Assembly: GCA_052327205.1 (NCBI GenBank)
Contig: CM126222.1
Span: 38,502,001-38,566,000 of the forward strand
From: Somniosus microcephalus
Lineage: Eukaryota
DNA: 64,000 bases
Direction: 5' to 3'
Notes under the pieces: generated by a model
The model's input: the letters and a program-made list of their open reading frames with translations, nothing else
Told to the model about the DNA's origin: nothing
Databases searched by the model: none
Translations under genes and position numbers: made by a program
In this document: piece after piece, positions 26,270 to 41,100 of the stretch
How positions within the stretch are numbered: position 1 is the first letter of the stretch
Layout of the letters: the number at the start of each line of letters is the position of its first letter

Positions 26270-26712
26270 GGTGTCAGCTTTGTCTTAGTGGTATCGCACC
26301 CGCCTCTGAGTCAGAAGGTTGTGGGTTCAAGTCCCACTCCAGAGACTTGAGCACAAAATCTAGGCTGATACTCCAGTGCAGTGCTGAGGGAGTGCTGCAC
26401 TGTCGGAGGTGCCCTCATTTGAATGAAATGTTAAACCGAGGCCTTGCCTGCCATCTCAGGTGGATGTAAATGATCCCATGGTACGATTTCGAAGAAGAGC
26501 AGGGGAGTTATCCCTGGGTCCTGGCCAATATTTATCCCTCAACCAACATAACAAAAACAGATGATCTGGTCATTGTCACATTGCTGTTTGTGGGACCTTG
26601 GTATGTGCAAAGTGGCTGTGTTTCCTACATTATAAGAGTGGCTACACTTCAAAAGTTGGTTGTAAAGAGCTTTGGGACCTCCTGAAGTCGTGAAAAGCAC
26701 CATCTTTTCTTT
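26270..26712 (+). mobile_element. Deu-domain tRNA-derived SINE (SacSINE1-like), near full length
   Basis: A-box-like TGTCTTAGTGG at 26281, B box GGTTCAAGTCC at 26324-26334, central domain and tail. Confidence 0.85.
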
Positions 26713-29419
26713 TTTAAATACAATAGGAAATTAAAAATTAAGTTGTGACTACAGTAAAGTCATTCTCACCAGTTAAATACAAGTGTTACATTTGTATTGT
26801 TTCTTTTCTATGGATTTGAAGATAATGGAGCAAAAGAAGTGGCTGAGAATATAATAATAATAATAAACTTTATTGTCATTGTTAGTGCACAAGTGCAGTA
26901 CAACGAAATGTAGGCTTGCGGCGAACCTGGTAACATTACTCACTGCGAACCTGGTAACTGATATTGTCACATGGTAGGTAGAGTTGATTTCAAGGTGAGC
27001 AGTTATCGGAATGCCCCTGTATCTAGCCACTTACCATGCACTCCGGTTATAATACGGAGTTTCCTGGCCAAGTTGTCTGTCCTGTTAAGACTGTCACTTC
27101 TAAGTTGGAGCACTTACATTTTGCGGGATGCTCCAAGGAATACTGAGTAGACTCGACCAGCCCGATGGTGGTCGGCACAGTCCGCTTCGAGTGGATCCAG
27201 GGTTAAAACGGGCTCGGATTAGAAAGGGCGCCTTGACCCAAATATGGAATGTTCCCAGATAACCCAGTTCAATGGCCAACGCACACAATCTACTGCTAAA
27301 TACACCAGTCGTGACGGCGCATTTCAGACATGAACTTTTGTGTAAAATATAGATTTGATTCAAGGTCGTGTGTACATATCGAATTGTTGAATGGGGGGCT
27401 AAATGAGCCGCAGTGCAAAGATTTGTAAATGAGCTGGTCTTATCAACAATTTATAGGAACCCTGGCCCAAGCATAACATTTCTTGGGATACTGGTTATCA
27501 TTTTATCAATTTTCAGCTGAATTCCATTGAATTTAGTTCACTGGCACGGAGACAATATAAACATTTATTAGACAGCCTGCAAAGATATGATCCACCGTGG
27601 CCAACCTGACTTGTGAAATGTGTGTTCGGGTTGTTAGATTCACTCGGCACTGTGGGAAAACTTGCCCTACATAATAGAGAATCCAAACACAAAGCTGGAC
27701 TAACGACTCGGCACTATAAATATGCGGGTACATTTATACAAATAGCAAAAGAATGAGGCAGATGAATGTTAAGAGTGGATGACAGTCGGGCTGTGAACCT
27801 CGTGGCTGTTGGTCATATCATTAAGAAAGTCCAAAATCAGGCGCTTGTGTGGATTTTTTTTTAAGAGGAAGGAAGCTATAGGAGATGTAAAAACATCTGG
27901 TCTGACCATGTCAGATGCTTTTGGCACGGTTCTTAGTCCAGTAATCATTGTCTGTGTCCTCTGATCTAGAAACGGCTTCCTTTATTGTTTACCCATATTT
28001 TAATGCTAATTTGCAAAACACAGAAGAAGCGCCCAAACAGATGTGAACCATTTGGTTGGGTTGTAGTTCATTTGTCAAGGAAAAAGAGAAGGCTGCCTCG
28101 CAGGATATTAAATATTACCTCGACCATTCACCGGCACTTCATATTTCAGGGTTAGAATAGATGTCGAGTTTGTAAGGAATAATGAATCTGTCCAAAGCAG
28201 CAGAAAAAGACAGACGAGTGCTTGGGGAATTTTAGAAATGGACTAAGTATTTGTAATGGTTTCTGACCACATCCCGGGTAGATTACAAACACTCTTCACG
28301 CCAGTTTCAGACATTGCGCTTAACCCTCTGGGTGCTGACAGTTTCTTGACTTTAAAAAAAAAACAATCGTCTATAATCTGACAGAACACTGCGAAACTGA
28401 ATCCTAACCCTCTTCCTGAATTTCCCCCCAAAAAACATTGAAATGTGAAGTCCATGTGAACGTGTTAGTTCTACAGAAGGGATGTTCTTACTAGTGGTAA
28501 AAGCAGATTAAAAACGAATTCACACCTCGTAGATTTTCTATCTGCCCCCACCCCCCGCCACTTCCCCGAAGCAGGCAATTCATTCATTCCAACCAAAATA
28601 AATCTAAAGAACGTTGTCTCATGTTTTTTAATGTTCACATGGTTGGTTTTGCTAGGTGTGTTTTTAGATGAGAATTTTCACAGAAATCCGGTGTCCATCT
28701 CGATCACGAAGCATGCTCGCGCGGTATCAGCGCTTCTAACGCAACTATTTGTACTTGTTGTTAACTCCGAGATATTAAACTTATTTCCTGACTCTGATGG
28801 TAATTAACCGATCTGTGAATGCCTCATTGCTATCTGTCAGGAAACATTTGCTCTTTTATTTATCTCATTAGCGGCTACCCTTTAAAACAAATTACCGCCC
28901 ATGTTTAAGGAGTGAAACAGTTCAGGTTTTATTCCACTTCATAATCCATACCTGGAATGCAATACCTTCCTGTTTTGTGCAATTTTACAGTAAATTTGAC
29001 ACCGGGCGAGCCACGAAGTATATCACGCAGCTCTTACTTTTTTAGGCTGGTAGTATTACTCTCAATCCCTGTCTCAATTCCATCAAATTTATCCCAAAAT
29101 AAGACGCAAAAAAACCTTCTCGTCTACGAATTTGGGTTCGATCTGCGATTAACAGCGATACGCCCTGCCATAGTATTTTGTCAGCCTGCAAGCTGCAAAT
29201 AAAGGACGAATTTAAATTGGCTTTACCCAGCCTTGGCTGTAATGTAATGCTATCGCACGTCGGGTCGGCAGTTAGCTGTGGGAATGTGCATAGAGTTCAC
29301 AAAAGTTTCTGCGACTTCCTAATGTAATGTGCATGGCAAAAATGAATCAATGTAACACTTCTTTGAATATCAGGGAGAGAGTAAATTGAATCCATCTATT
29401 GTATAACCTCTCCCACCAA

Positions 29420-30560
29420 ATATACACACAAATACAGGCACTCACACACACAAACACAGGCACACACACGCAAACACAGGCACTCACACAAACACGGGCA
29501 CTCACACACACACAAACACAGGCACTCACACAGACACAAACACACACAGGCACTCACACACACACAAACACAAAGGCACACACACACAAACACAGGCACT
29601 CACACACACTCACACAAACACAGGCACTCACACACAAACACAGGCACTCACACACACACAAACACAAAGGCACTCACACAAACACAGGCACTCACACACA
29701 CACAAACACACAGGCACTCACACACACAAACACAGGCACTCACACACAGGCACTCACACATACACAAACACAAAGGCACTCACACACACAAACACAGGCA
29801 CTCACACACACACAAACAAACACAGGCACTCACACACACACAAACACAGGCACTCACACACACACCAACACAGGCACTCACACNNNNNNNNNNNNNNNNN
29901 NNNNNNNNNNNNNNNNNNNNNNNNNNNNNNNNNNNNNNNNNNNNNNNNNNNNNNNNNNNNNNNNNNNNNNNNNNNNNNNNNNNNNNNNNNNNNNNNNNNN
30001 NNNNNNNNNNNNNNNNNNNNNNNNNNNNNNNNNNNNNNNNNNNNNNNNNNNNNAAACACAGGCACTCTCACACACACACACAGGCACTCACACGCACACA
30101 AACACAGGCACACACACACACAAATGCAGGCACTCACACACACAAACACAGGCACTCACACACACAAACACAGGCACTCACACACACACAAACAAACACA
30201 GGCACTCACACACACACAAACACAGGCACTCACACACACAAACACAGGCACTCACACACACACAGATACAGGCACACACACAAACAGGTACACACACAAA
30301 CACAGGCACACAGACACAAACACAGGCACACACACACAATCACAGGCACTCACACACACAAATACAGGCACACACGCACAATCACAGGCACTCACACACA
30401 CAAACACAGGCACACACAAACACAGACACACACAAACACAGGCACACACAGACATAAAACACATGCACTCACACACACAAACACAGGCACACACAGACAC
30501 AAACACAGGCACAAACAAACACAGGCACACACAGACATAGAAACACAGGCACAAGCACAC
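29420..30560. repeat. CA-rich minisatellite, unit approximately CAAACACAGGCACT(CA)n
   Basis: Directly visible tandem array; it explains all the T/H/Q- and V/C-rich ORFs here. Confidence 0.97.
29884..30053. other. Assembly gap (170 N)
   Basis: Run of N inside the minisatellite. Confidence 0.99.
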
Positions 30561-32743
30561 AATTGCAACACGTTAAAGCGCATTGCGCCGTGGCTTTAAA
30601 TGTAAAGGATAACTGATAAAGTTTATAAAATTTGGCATTCAGTGAACTTTTATTCCAAAAAGATACGAAGGGTGGGTGACAGGAAATTGTAACGAATGGA
30701 GAAGTTAGACTCTGGGCTGTAGGGGTTCAAGGCTGATCGGGAAACTATCTGTGGCAAGAGATTCCGCGAGGTCACAGGAATCAGAGTCGTTACACAACCC
30801 ATCGCCTCAGCCACGGGTGGTGAGATTTTACAATATGACAAAATCAACATCGAGGATCAGAACCCCCCGGGGACCAGCATAACAACATTTGTGTCTTTTT
30901 TATTTTGTTGCAACCACAAGCATCAATTACAAGAACGTCGAGTTAATTCAATCGTGGATTATTATGAAGGGAAAATGCAATCTGTCCTCTATAATCATCA
31001 ATTATCTGTCAGTCATTCCTCTATCCACTTGACAAACATTTTGGCAAACTTTCCATGTACTGCAATGATTGAAAAGATTGGATCGTTCGACCAAAAATCG
31101 GGTGTGATGTTCTTGCCCATTCCCCCCATCGAGTTAAATATTTCCGAACACCTGCACCAATAATGAAGAAGCGCGGACAGGCTGTGGGGCACAAGTGCAG
31201 TTGTGTGTCGAGAAAAACGTCGCCACACCGTGCGTGAATATTTCCTCGCCGGGTTTGTATTTGCCGTGAATTGGGTCTCCAATCTTCGAAATTTATTAGT
31301 CACGGGTATTAAAGCGTCAGTGTCGCTTTCGTACCCACGCGTCAATTTCAGGTCAGTTTCATGAATTAAAAATGAAGCGAGCGGTGATCCCCGTGTAACT
31401 GCGGCTGAGTTACAGAGCGGGGGCCATCCGCAAAACTGATTAATGCGATACAATTAAAATCATTACAAAAGGAAATGAGATGATCGGAGGAGACAAAACG
31501 AAGACTGTCTACTTCCATTTCGATGTAGATTTCAATCCACGCTTATTAATGGAACGGGACAGAGATACAAAAACGTTATAAGTCAGATGAATATTTTACC
31601 TCACAAGCAGACATCCTGAGTGACACGAGAACTGTATTCATTTATCATCCATCGCCTCTTGGTTGTGGGTTTCATTCTCATTATTGATGCAGACGAATGA
31701 ATGTTGCATTCTCAAAAACTTAGCACAGCAAACCTCATATGTAACATGTTTCCCCTCGTTATTGTTAAACCTGTTTCTGGCTCTTATTTTACCCGCAATA
31801 TTAACTTCAACAAAGCACGGGGTACTGTTGAATTTTTTTTTTTAACTTCATTTCAACAACAAAAAACAAGGCACTAAATGACTTCAGTCAGTGGGTTGTT
31901 TACAGTGGGCCCGCTAAAGCTAACTCGCGTGCTCACACTCCGAATTAGCTGTTGTGTTTTGTTTAAATCGCCACTTTGAAGTAAATATTAACTTTATTTT
32001 ATTTTTAAAACTATTTTTATTTCTCCGCAATTTCGAAGCAGCGGTGTTCCTATTTTCAAATACTGGGCCGTTCCAAAAAGAACAGCTACAGCTGTGGCTT
32101 TAGAAAGTCAGTATAGAGCGGGCCCGGTTACCAACAAACGGCGCTTTGCAGGTTAGGTGTTGATCCGGGTTTTGAGTGAAAAGTTGGTGAAAAGTTGTAA
32201 AAAAAAATGTTAAGCTCCACGTGGGCCGCGCGGCGGCAGCGAAAGGACTCAGAAACGCCGTGAGGGGAAATTAAAAGGAACACGCACCGGATTTGGAAGA
32301 CCTTTCTGTGGGTCACTCTTTATAATAAAGATAAATCTTCAAAGACAGAGCGCTGCCAAACCATTCCTGATTCAATTCACCCCCCAACCCCAACCGTAAA
32401 ATAGCAAGGACCCCTCGCAAATTACTATATATTTTAAAATTGTAAATCAATCCGCCTATGCAAAAATGGGAAAATTTAAAGTAAAGGCAGATTTGTTTTT
32501 TTTAAAGTTGAATATTATTTAACGATTGCAATGTACAGATAAACCCTTCGCCTTTTTAATCGGCAAACTACACCAGGAAGAATTGAACTAATCCAGATGT
32601 AAATGACTGAAAAGCGTTCATCTCTTTCATATCTGTGTCCAATCTAAATACTTGTAAAGAAATTACAAGGCGGTTTGCGAAGTTTGGTAAATGTACATTA
32701 ATCTGACATTCTACTTCAAACCAGGCATAGTTTTTATACGATA

Positions 32744-32912
32744 GCAAAATACTGCAGATGCTGGAAATCCGAAATAACAACAGAAAATGCTGGAAAAACT
32801 CAGCTTGTCAAGTGTCCTGACGAAGGGTTTTGACCTGAAACGTTGACTCTGTTTCTCTCTCCACGGATGTTGCCTGGCCTGCTGAGTTTTTCCAGCATTT
32901 GCTGTTGTTATT
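32744..32912 (+). mobile_element. Penelope-like-element-derived foldback repeat containing a hammerhead motif
   Basis: 32-bp inverted repeat (32773-32804 / 32881-32912, 31/32 matching) enclosing CTGACGA...GAAACGTT. Confidence 0.65.
32811..32850 (+). ncRNA. Putative minimal type I hammerhead ribozyme
   Basis: Stem I AGTGTC/GACTCT (one mismatch), core CTGACGA at 32817-32823, stem II AGG..CCT, GAAA at 32837-32840, palindromic ACGT stem III. Confidence 0.5.
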
Positions 32913-33307
32913 ATAGTTTTTATATATCGCTGTAACTCTCTATATGTGTATATGCACACTTCTAAATCTGTTCTTGTTTGCTATGAATTTATGCTGCCCC
33001 AGAATCCATACACACTGGGGCTAATTCTAGTTTTACGGCTCCAGAATGATGCGGATATCAAACATTGTATAAAACAAAGCATTTATATACACTGTGCATG
33101 TTGCACAATGTTTCACTAGCAGGAATATTTGGATAAAGGGGACGCTCTGGTGATGAAAGGGACGTTGTTATCAAGACACTCCCTCTGTACCATAATGTGT
33201 ATCTATTTGTGTTACTTTAATCTGGGATTTCAATCACTATTGTTCCCGCTGCCCCGACTCAGTAACTTTTAAGATTGAGACGGTTTTTTTTTGTGCTTCC
33301 ACTCGAT

Positions 33308-33323
33308 ACACTAGATGGCGGTG
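33308..33323 (+). promoter_or_regulatory. CTCF core motif
   Basis: ACACTAGATGGCGGTG versus consensus CCASYAGRKGGCRSY. Confidence 0.5.
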
Positions 33324-33899
33324 TCAGAGGTCATTCTGATGTGGCCCACCAACTCGCAGAAAGAATTTTACAACCCGTTTTTATTTACCCGAAAGAGCCC
33401 CATTCCCCAGTCTATTTATAATATTCCAACTGCGCTGGCCTTTCCATGTCGCGGTCAATATCAATTACCGAGGTGCGTCTGCACTTAGAACCCATGAGAA
33501 CCGCCGTGAGGAATTTTACGGTCGAACTACGCCAGGTTAAGGACCTATCTCCGGGTAAAATGATCTTTCAGATCCGAATCTATCATTTCCATCCTGGCAG
33601 GAGAGGTCTGATCCTCACGTGTTAAACGCAGCTTTAAAACTCTACTTTCTGACACATTAGTGCGCGGCTGTGTTGAGACTGGGTAAATGTTTCACTGGGT
33701 AACGCTTGCTGGTTTGGGATAAGGCTTTTGGTGGCATTTACCAAATAGGGCCACCAAATTTTTAAAAAACCCACAAGTGGTCCTGTAATTTATCGAGTGA
33801 TAGATGGTTGGCGCGACGGGAAGGGAGGAATGCAAATAAATAGGCCGGCAAAGTTGGAAGGGATTCAGCGCCAGGTGGACCCAACACTCACACTTCGGC

Positions 33900-35120
<1,221 letters not shown>

Positions 35121-38100
35121 AGGCTCAGTTAATATCGGGGAGAATTGGTTTGAACCTGTTTTTTTTGATGTATTACTTTAAACTGAAATCGAGTTGCGGA
35201 TGTTGCACCAAATGCCAACGCGTTTGGGGCGCATCTCCGCCCAGCCCACAACAGGCTGCATCTCGTTTTGAAAGTCTGTCATCTATCAAACTCTTTCTTT
35301 TCTTGGGCAACACCCCCAGAGAGAGAGGGGGAGAGTGTTACTGTACATGCCCCAAATAAAAGTCAAACGCCTGAACCCGACCTGATTTAACACTAAATCT
35401 CATCATTTTTTGGGCAGCGACGTCACGCATGAATGTGTTTCTTTTTAAATATTGATTTAACAGACTATTCTCCATCTGGGTGATGTAATAAACCTGAGCT
35501 TCAATACTCACTCTCTGACACCCGATTGATGATGCATGGCATTTTTATATCGCCGCTCTCTTAGAGAGGTTTGTGTTTAAGAGTTGGGAAAGCGGCAGGT
35601 TAACTTCTCTCTAATATATAATAGTCTGTTTATAAGATCAAGTGTGTGTGTGTGTTGCTTATACTGTCTCCCTTTCACAAGGTTTAAAATGGATGTAAAT
35701 TTTAAAAAAATTATTTTAATGAACTTACACAGCCCGGCACGCGGAATTCTGTAGCTTTTATCGCCAGGCGAATGGCGCCACGGTATAAGGGAGAACAGCA
35801 CGATACTGTGTTACTTGTCATCTGCAAAGAGGGGATTTCACGAGCTGCACAATGTACCTTGAAGCAATGATTAATTTATACCTTCAACCCTTTATTGCGA
35901 CCAAGGAAGGGTGCTTATTTTTGGCCAACTCTGCTCTGAAGTTGGGTTTTGACTGCAGTGTTGTCAGCATGTGTGGTATATGAGCAGTCACACCACTTAC
36001 TTCACACAACTGAGCGTTTCGTTCAGAGCAGTAACTCAACTGTTGTATTTCGATCTTTCTTCAGTCGGAGTTTCAGCCCAAGTCATGCTGTCTATTTTCC
36101 AATGTTCTCCAAATCACCCTTTTTATGAAGACTGCATGGAGAGTGACTTAAACGTGTATGGGGGAGGGGGTCAGATAGAAAGATCATTAAAATAAATTAT
36201 GGTGCAAAACTCATTAGGTTAAAACTATAGGGAGCTGAGGGCAGTGTGCTTTTTTTATTTTTATAGATCTCCATAGTGGGCCAGGAAAAGGGGATATGGT
36301 GTCGGTTCAAAAGGTGAACCCCAGCAGTCTTTTAGCTTAAATCCATCAAGCCAGGAAACGTCTCAGTAACACAAGCCCTGGGAATAAATCGGGATGCAGG
36401 GAAACCAGAGATTTTCCTCTTCCTCGTGGAACCTGCTGCTCGTTCTGCCCCAGCTGATGATTTCTGTGAATGCAGTCTGATCGAGCCCTGCTTCCCATCC
36501 CTCCAAGGACAGCAGCGAGAAATCTTCCCAGAACCAATTTGCTCTCCGCGATGCTCGCGTCCCCCGCCGGTTGATGGGCTATCCGACTGTTTGTGTAACT
36601 TGTGGCCGCTCTCCTCTGATTTTAAACACATGCTCCGGCACAGACTGGCAACCCGGCGCCTCGCCTCACCTGCAAAACCTACCGTCTGATCTCCCGATTA
36701 AAAATGCAACCATCCCTGTCACGTCCTCAGTTGGGTTTTTTCCGGACCCAACTTTCTTGGGAACTGAGGCGAAACGAGAGTTAAGACGGATGAAACTAGT
36801 TTTCATCCATTTGTCCAGATTAGACAATACTCACAAACATTAGCCTTTAGAACTGTCTCAGCTAATGATTTCCAATGTGTTCTGATCAGATGATTGGCCA
36901 TAATTACTGGAAATTGTGTTGCCTTCGCTGACGACTGTTCCCTAATCCGCTTTACAGCGTCTTTTAAAGCTTTCCTTACTTCGGCCCGATGACTGCGTCG
37001 GGTGGACGAATGTTATAAAACAAATTGAATGTAAAATTATTTCACAACAGGCGGCCTTTCCCTTTTAAAATTTGTGTTTTGTAGATTTTTTTAAACCTTC
37101 ACATGTTAGGAGTGAAGGCGATGAGAGATGAACCGACTGTGCAGAATTGTTCCACTTTTCCTTCCATGCGTGAGTCGTCTCAACAGGCCAACAGAAAGCG
37201 AGAAGTCCTTTTGTAGACGGGTTAGAATCTGAAAATCAAATCAAAGCCTCGACCTCCTCCTGGTCGTTTTCAAAACATCGGGGAGTGTTGATTTAATTTC
37301 ACCTGATGATGAAACGTCCCGTTCCTTTTATTCTCCGTGCTTTCTGAAAGATTTGTTTCAATTGAGATATGAAAACAAGGTGTCATATCAGAGCTGGCGA
37401 GATCTCCCCAGTCTGATGGGGGTTTATTCTGATCTTTCTCACACACAAATACATCGACTTGTCTTCTGTTTCCAAAGACGCTCAGTTTGCCTTGGGGGGG
37501 AAAGACTTTGATGTGAAGTTTTCTATATGATAAAATACTTCTCTGCATGGAGTTTCTTGTTTAAATTTCGCCCGCTTTTGAGAATAGTGCAATAAAAATG
37601 TCAAGCGTTTTATAATCATTATTCCCAATCATTGCCCTGACGTGGAGTGTAACCTACTAAAATGTCATAATGAATTGTATAATTTAAAAGTCGTTAAAAT
37701 CCGATTTGTTTTTTTAATATATTGATTTATGGATTATTTACTTAATTGACCCGAAGGGAAGAATTTTAAAAAATCGTCAGAGAAAATGTAACTAGAGATG
37801 TGTGTCGCCTTTTAATTACTTGTACTCCCTGAAAGTGGAGAAATAATCTGTGCCCATAAAATCCCAAACGCGCGAATGCAAGCAGTATTGGGAATGGAGG
37901 AAGTGGGAACTTGTTCAGGCGGTGTTTCAATACACTGCTTTTTGTTTAATACATTACACTCTCTAAACAAACAGTGACGTGTGTGTGTTTTTGGTTATTT
38001 TAGTTATAATGGAGTTTACTGTTGGCCACAAGCTGCAATCTTTTTTAGAATCTCGACATTTCTGTCAAACTGTTAGAACAAGACTTTGGAATATCATATG

Positions 38101-41100
38101 GCACAACTGGAGCATGTTATCCGGGAATTGGTTCTCATTGGCCTGTTCTGGAGTGTGTTTTACTTGGTTACAGCCCTAAACGAGTGAAGCTGCCCAAGTG
38201 TCCAGAATTTCTCCAAGCCGAGTATTTAAGTGTTGGAAATCTTGCTTTCTATTATTGATTTCTGCGCTCGTCTCAAGCTGCGCCACTGCGAGCTCGTGTT
38301 GTTGACTTGGCTCGAGTGGAAGGTAAATCAACATTAACCAACAACACCAAGAGGAAAAGAAAATAAACCCCCAAATGCGTGTATCCTTCTCCCGTGTTAT
38401 CAGTACTTTGTCTAAAACAATCTGCAGTGAGAGAGTCCTGGGGGACTGCTCGACAAGTTCAGATCCTCCTGAAACCAACATCGAATTATCAGCCATGTCA
38501 CTGGATGGAAAACTCCCAGCTTTACACCAACGAGAGCTGGGAGCCCCTTTAAAAGTGAATTTTAATAAGTTTAGAGGCCTCAAAGATCTCTCCTGTTTGA
38601 GGTCCCCTTTCCCCATAAAGCAATACTCAACAGGGCAGCGATCTGTCCTAATATTCAAGGGCGGACCAAAATATCGAATACAAATCTTGAGTAGCTTTCT
38701 GAGCAATCATTTTTCAGTTCAAATTCTAATTAATTCCCATTATTTTTCCCAGTAAAATTGGCGGGATAATATTCCGATGTTTTCGTATTTGGCTTAAATG
38801 CAATAAACCACAATCAATGAGTTCTGTTTCCCCCCCCCCCCCCCCCTTCCGCTGTTTGTGGTCGAATATCTGCACCGATTTGTGGAACAGTAACGAAAAA
38901 TGGGACTCCTCACCATTCGCCACTTGGAGTCTATGGATGCTCTGGGACTCGGACCAGAGTTTTGGGGAGTCTGTTTCTGTTTACTGTCACAACACGGGGC
39001 AGTTGTTTTTTTTTCCAGACCCAGGACGGAGGTGGCAAAAGAAACAAACAAGAGTCCATCTGCCAGGGGATCGCCGGCTGTTTTTTTGTTAAGCTGGAAG
39101 ATAATTGTAATCCAGGCCGGACTCGGCCTCAACATTAAGCGCCGGCTAATTATGACGGCGAATGAGCTGTTAATAAGGACAAAGTGATGGTTTAGCCCTG
39201 GTGTAATTTCTCAACAGTGGCGACTGGCAGCTTAGAGCAGTGAAAGGCAAAAGTTGTCCAAATGTCGATTTGGAACAACATTGTTGCTTCTTAACTTAGT
39301 TTGGATCTTGACCCCGAAAACCGGGGGTCCGCTGACCTGAACAGTATACCAAAGTATATTCAATGGGCGTGTGTGTTTATTATTATTAAGTTTTAAATAG
39401 GCTGCACATTCCAAGTGCCGCCTCTTGCTGTATTAGGGTTCAGTTGCCATTCAGGGGAGAGCGTTGGTATTTCACTCCAGACAGTAATTGGATAGGGACG
39501 GCACGGGAACGGAGGCAAAGGCAATTCGTTGACATTTCTAAAATCAGAACTTTTTCCATAGCTATCGAAATTCGTAACTGACTGGAAGTTTGGCCGCTGA
39601 AACTGACAAGCCTATTGAAACAGATTTTTGCTCATGCTTATATTTTTTGGAGGGTTGGGGAGGAGGGCGGGTTGAAACCCCTCGTCCTTTTTTTTTTGCA
39701 ATATTAAAAATAGCTGGCGATCAGACGGTGGGAGGCGAGGCAGCTCCCTGGCGGTGTTCCCGTGAGTTGCCCAGACAGATGGTCGCTTCATTCCGATTCA
39801 GTGCTGCCACCACCAGGTTCCCGAGCTCCGGCTGCACCACTGCGGCTTTTGAAGACTTGACATTTCCCAATCCACAAGTGGTGACCCTCCTCAGCAAGAA
39901 GGAACTCTAGAATACAAACAAAAAACCCACCTCCGAGGATCGTGTTTTGCTGCCTCGCCTGTTGGGCTCTTGAAACTCACTCTAACAATCTATCTGGCCA
40001 TTTAAAGTGCCGGAGATATTCATCTTTGTCCTGCTATACTAATACAATGTGGTGATATTCATATTTCAATGAAAGGCACAATACAATCTATTCTGCAGAT
40101 CAAAACTACTCTTTGTCTAGTTCAGGTTTCTAAAGAATTGAACGTCGATTCAGCAAATTAATCTCAATACTCACTGAATTTGCAGTTAATCTTTAATGTT
40201 GTCACGGGGATTGATATGCGAGTTATATCATTGGTGTATTTCTGTTTCAAAGCGGAGCCCGCACGGCAGCCAGTGTTGGCTGAGCTCACGTTCTGGCTCC
40301 CATCTTCTGACCTGCCATTGCGCAATGGTTTGGCCCCTCCCGCTATATTCGATTTGTAGGAACATTCAATAAATACCGTGCCCAATGTGAAACTGAAATC
40401 CCCCCTCCCCCAAACAAAATGACGTTTCAGAACAGTTTAAATCGAAGAACTTCAGTTAAAGTTGAAACACGAGGTGTTAGTACCCAGAAACTTCGCCTGA
40501 TTTAAAACGAGCAAAACAAACCATGTTGTGGGAGCGGTCGCGGTTAGCGATATCTCCCGCAAAAGTATTTAATTTAACCCATGCTCACTGTTGTCTTTGG
40601 AAGGAAGAATGTTTTGCTGTTAAGGTTCCCCCACAAAGGATGTGTAGAATTACTAACTAACTACCAAATGTAGATAATTTTTTGTTTTTTTAGGAAAAGC
40701 CTCTTAAGATGGTATTCCTTTGGTGTCTAATCATTTTCTTTCTTCTCTTTTATGCCGGTGGAGGAAGAGATTAAAAGAATAGTTTTTTTTGAAGCCCCCA
40801 TAGGAAGGAAGTCATCTTTTCACAAGCCACATCCACTTGGCCCAACAGTTTTTTAAGGAGGATCTGTGCCCAGCGAGTGAGGGGGGGGGGGCTTAATTGA
40901 TGAGACATGGCTGTGGCTGTCACTTAGCATATGGAGCAAAGGAAACAGGAAAAGAGAGGGGAGGGTGTGGGGGAGGGGAGGGGTTCCTCGTTTAATTAGC
41001 GGGATCAGCTGCTATCACCGGATTGGAATCCCGTCGGTAAATAAACCCGCAAGTAGGGCTACATGCAAATTATGCCATCCTTATTGCTGATGAATCACAT

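Noticed and set aside
26281-26340. tRNA gene
   Set aside because: The A/B boxes belong to a SINE head; no complete cloverleaf.
29347-30583. Long T/H/Q- and V/C-rich ORFs
   Set aside because: Translations of the CA minisatellite, running across an N gap.
37303-37320. CTGATGA-T-GAAACGTC hammerhead-like core
   Set aside because: No stem II and no convincing stem I.
38176-38755. 176-aa and 126-aa intronic ORFs
   Set aside because: No homology or domain features recognised; expected by chance.
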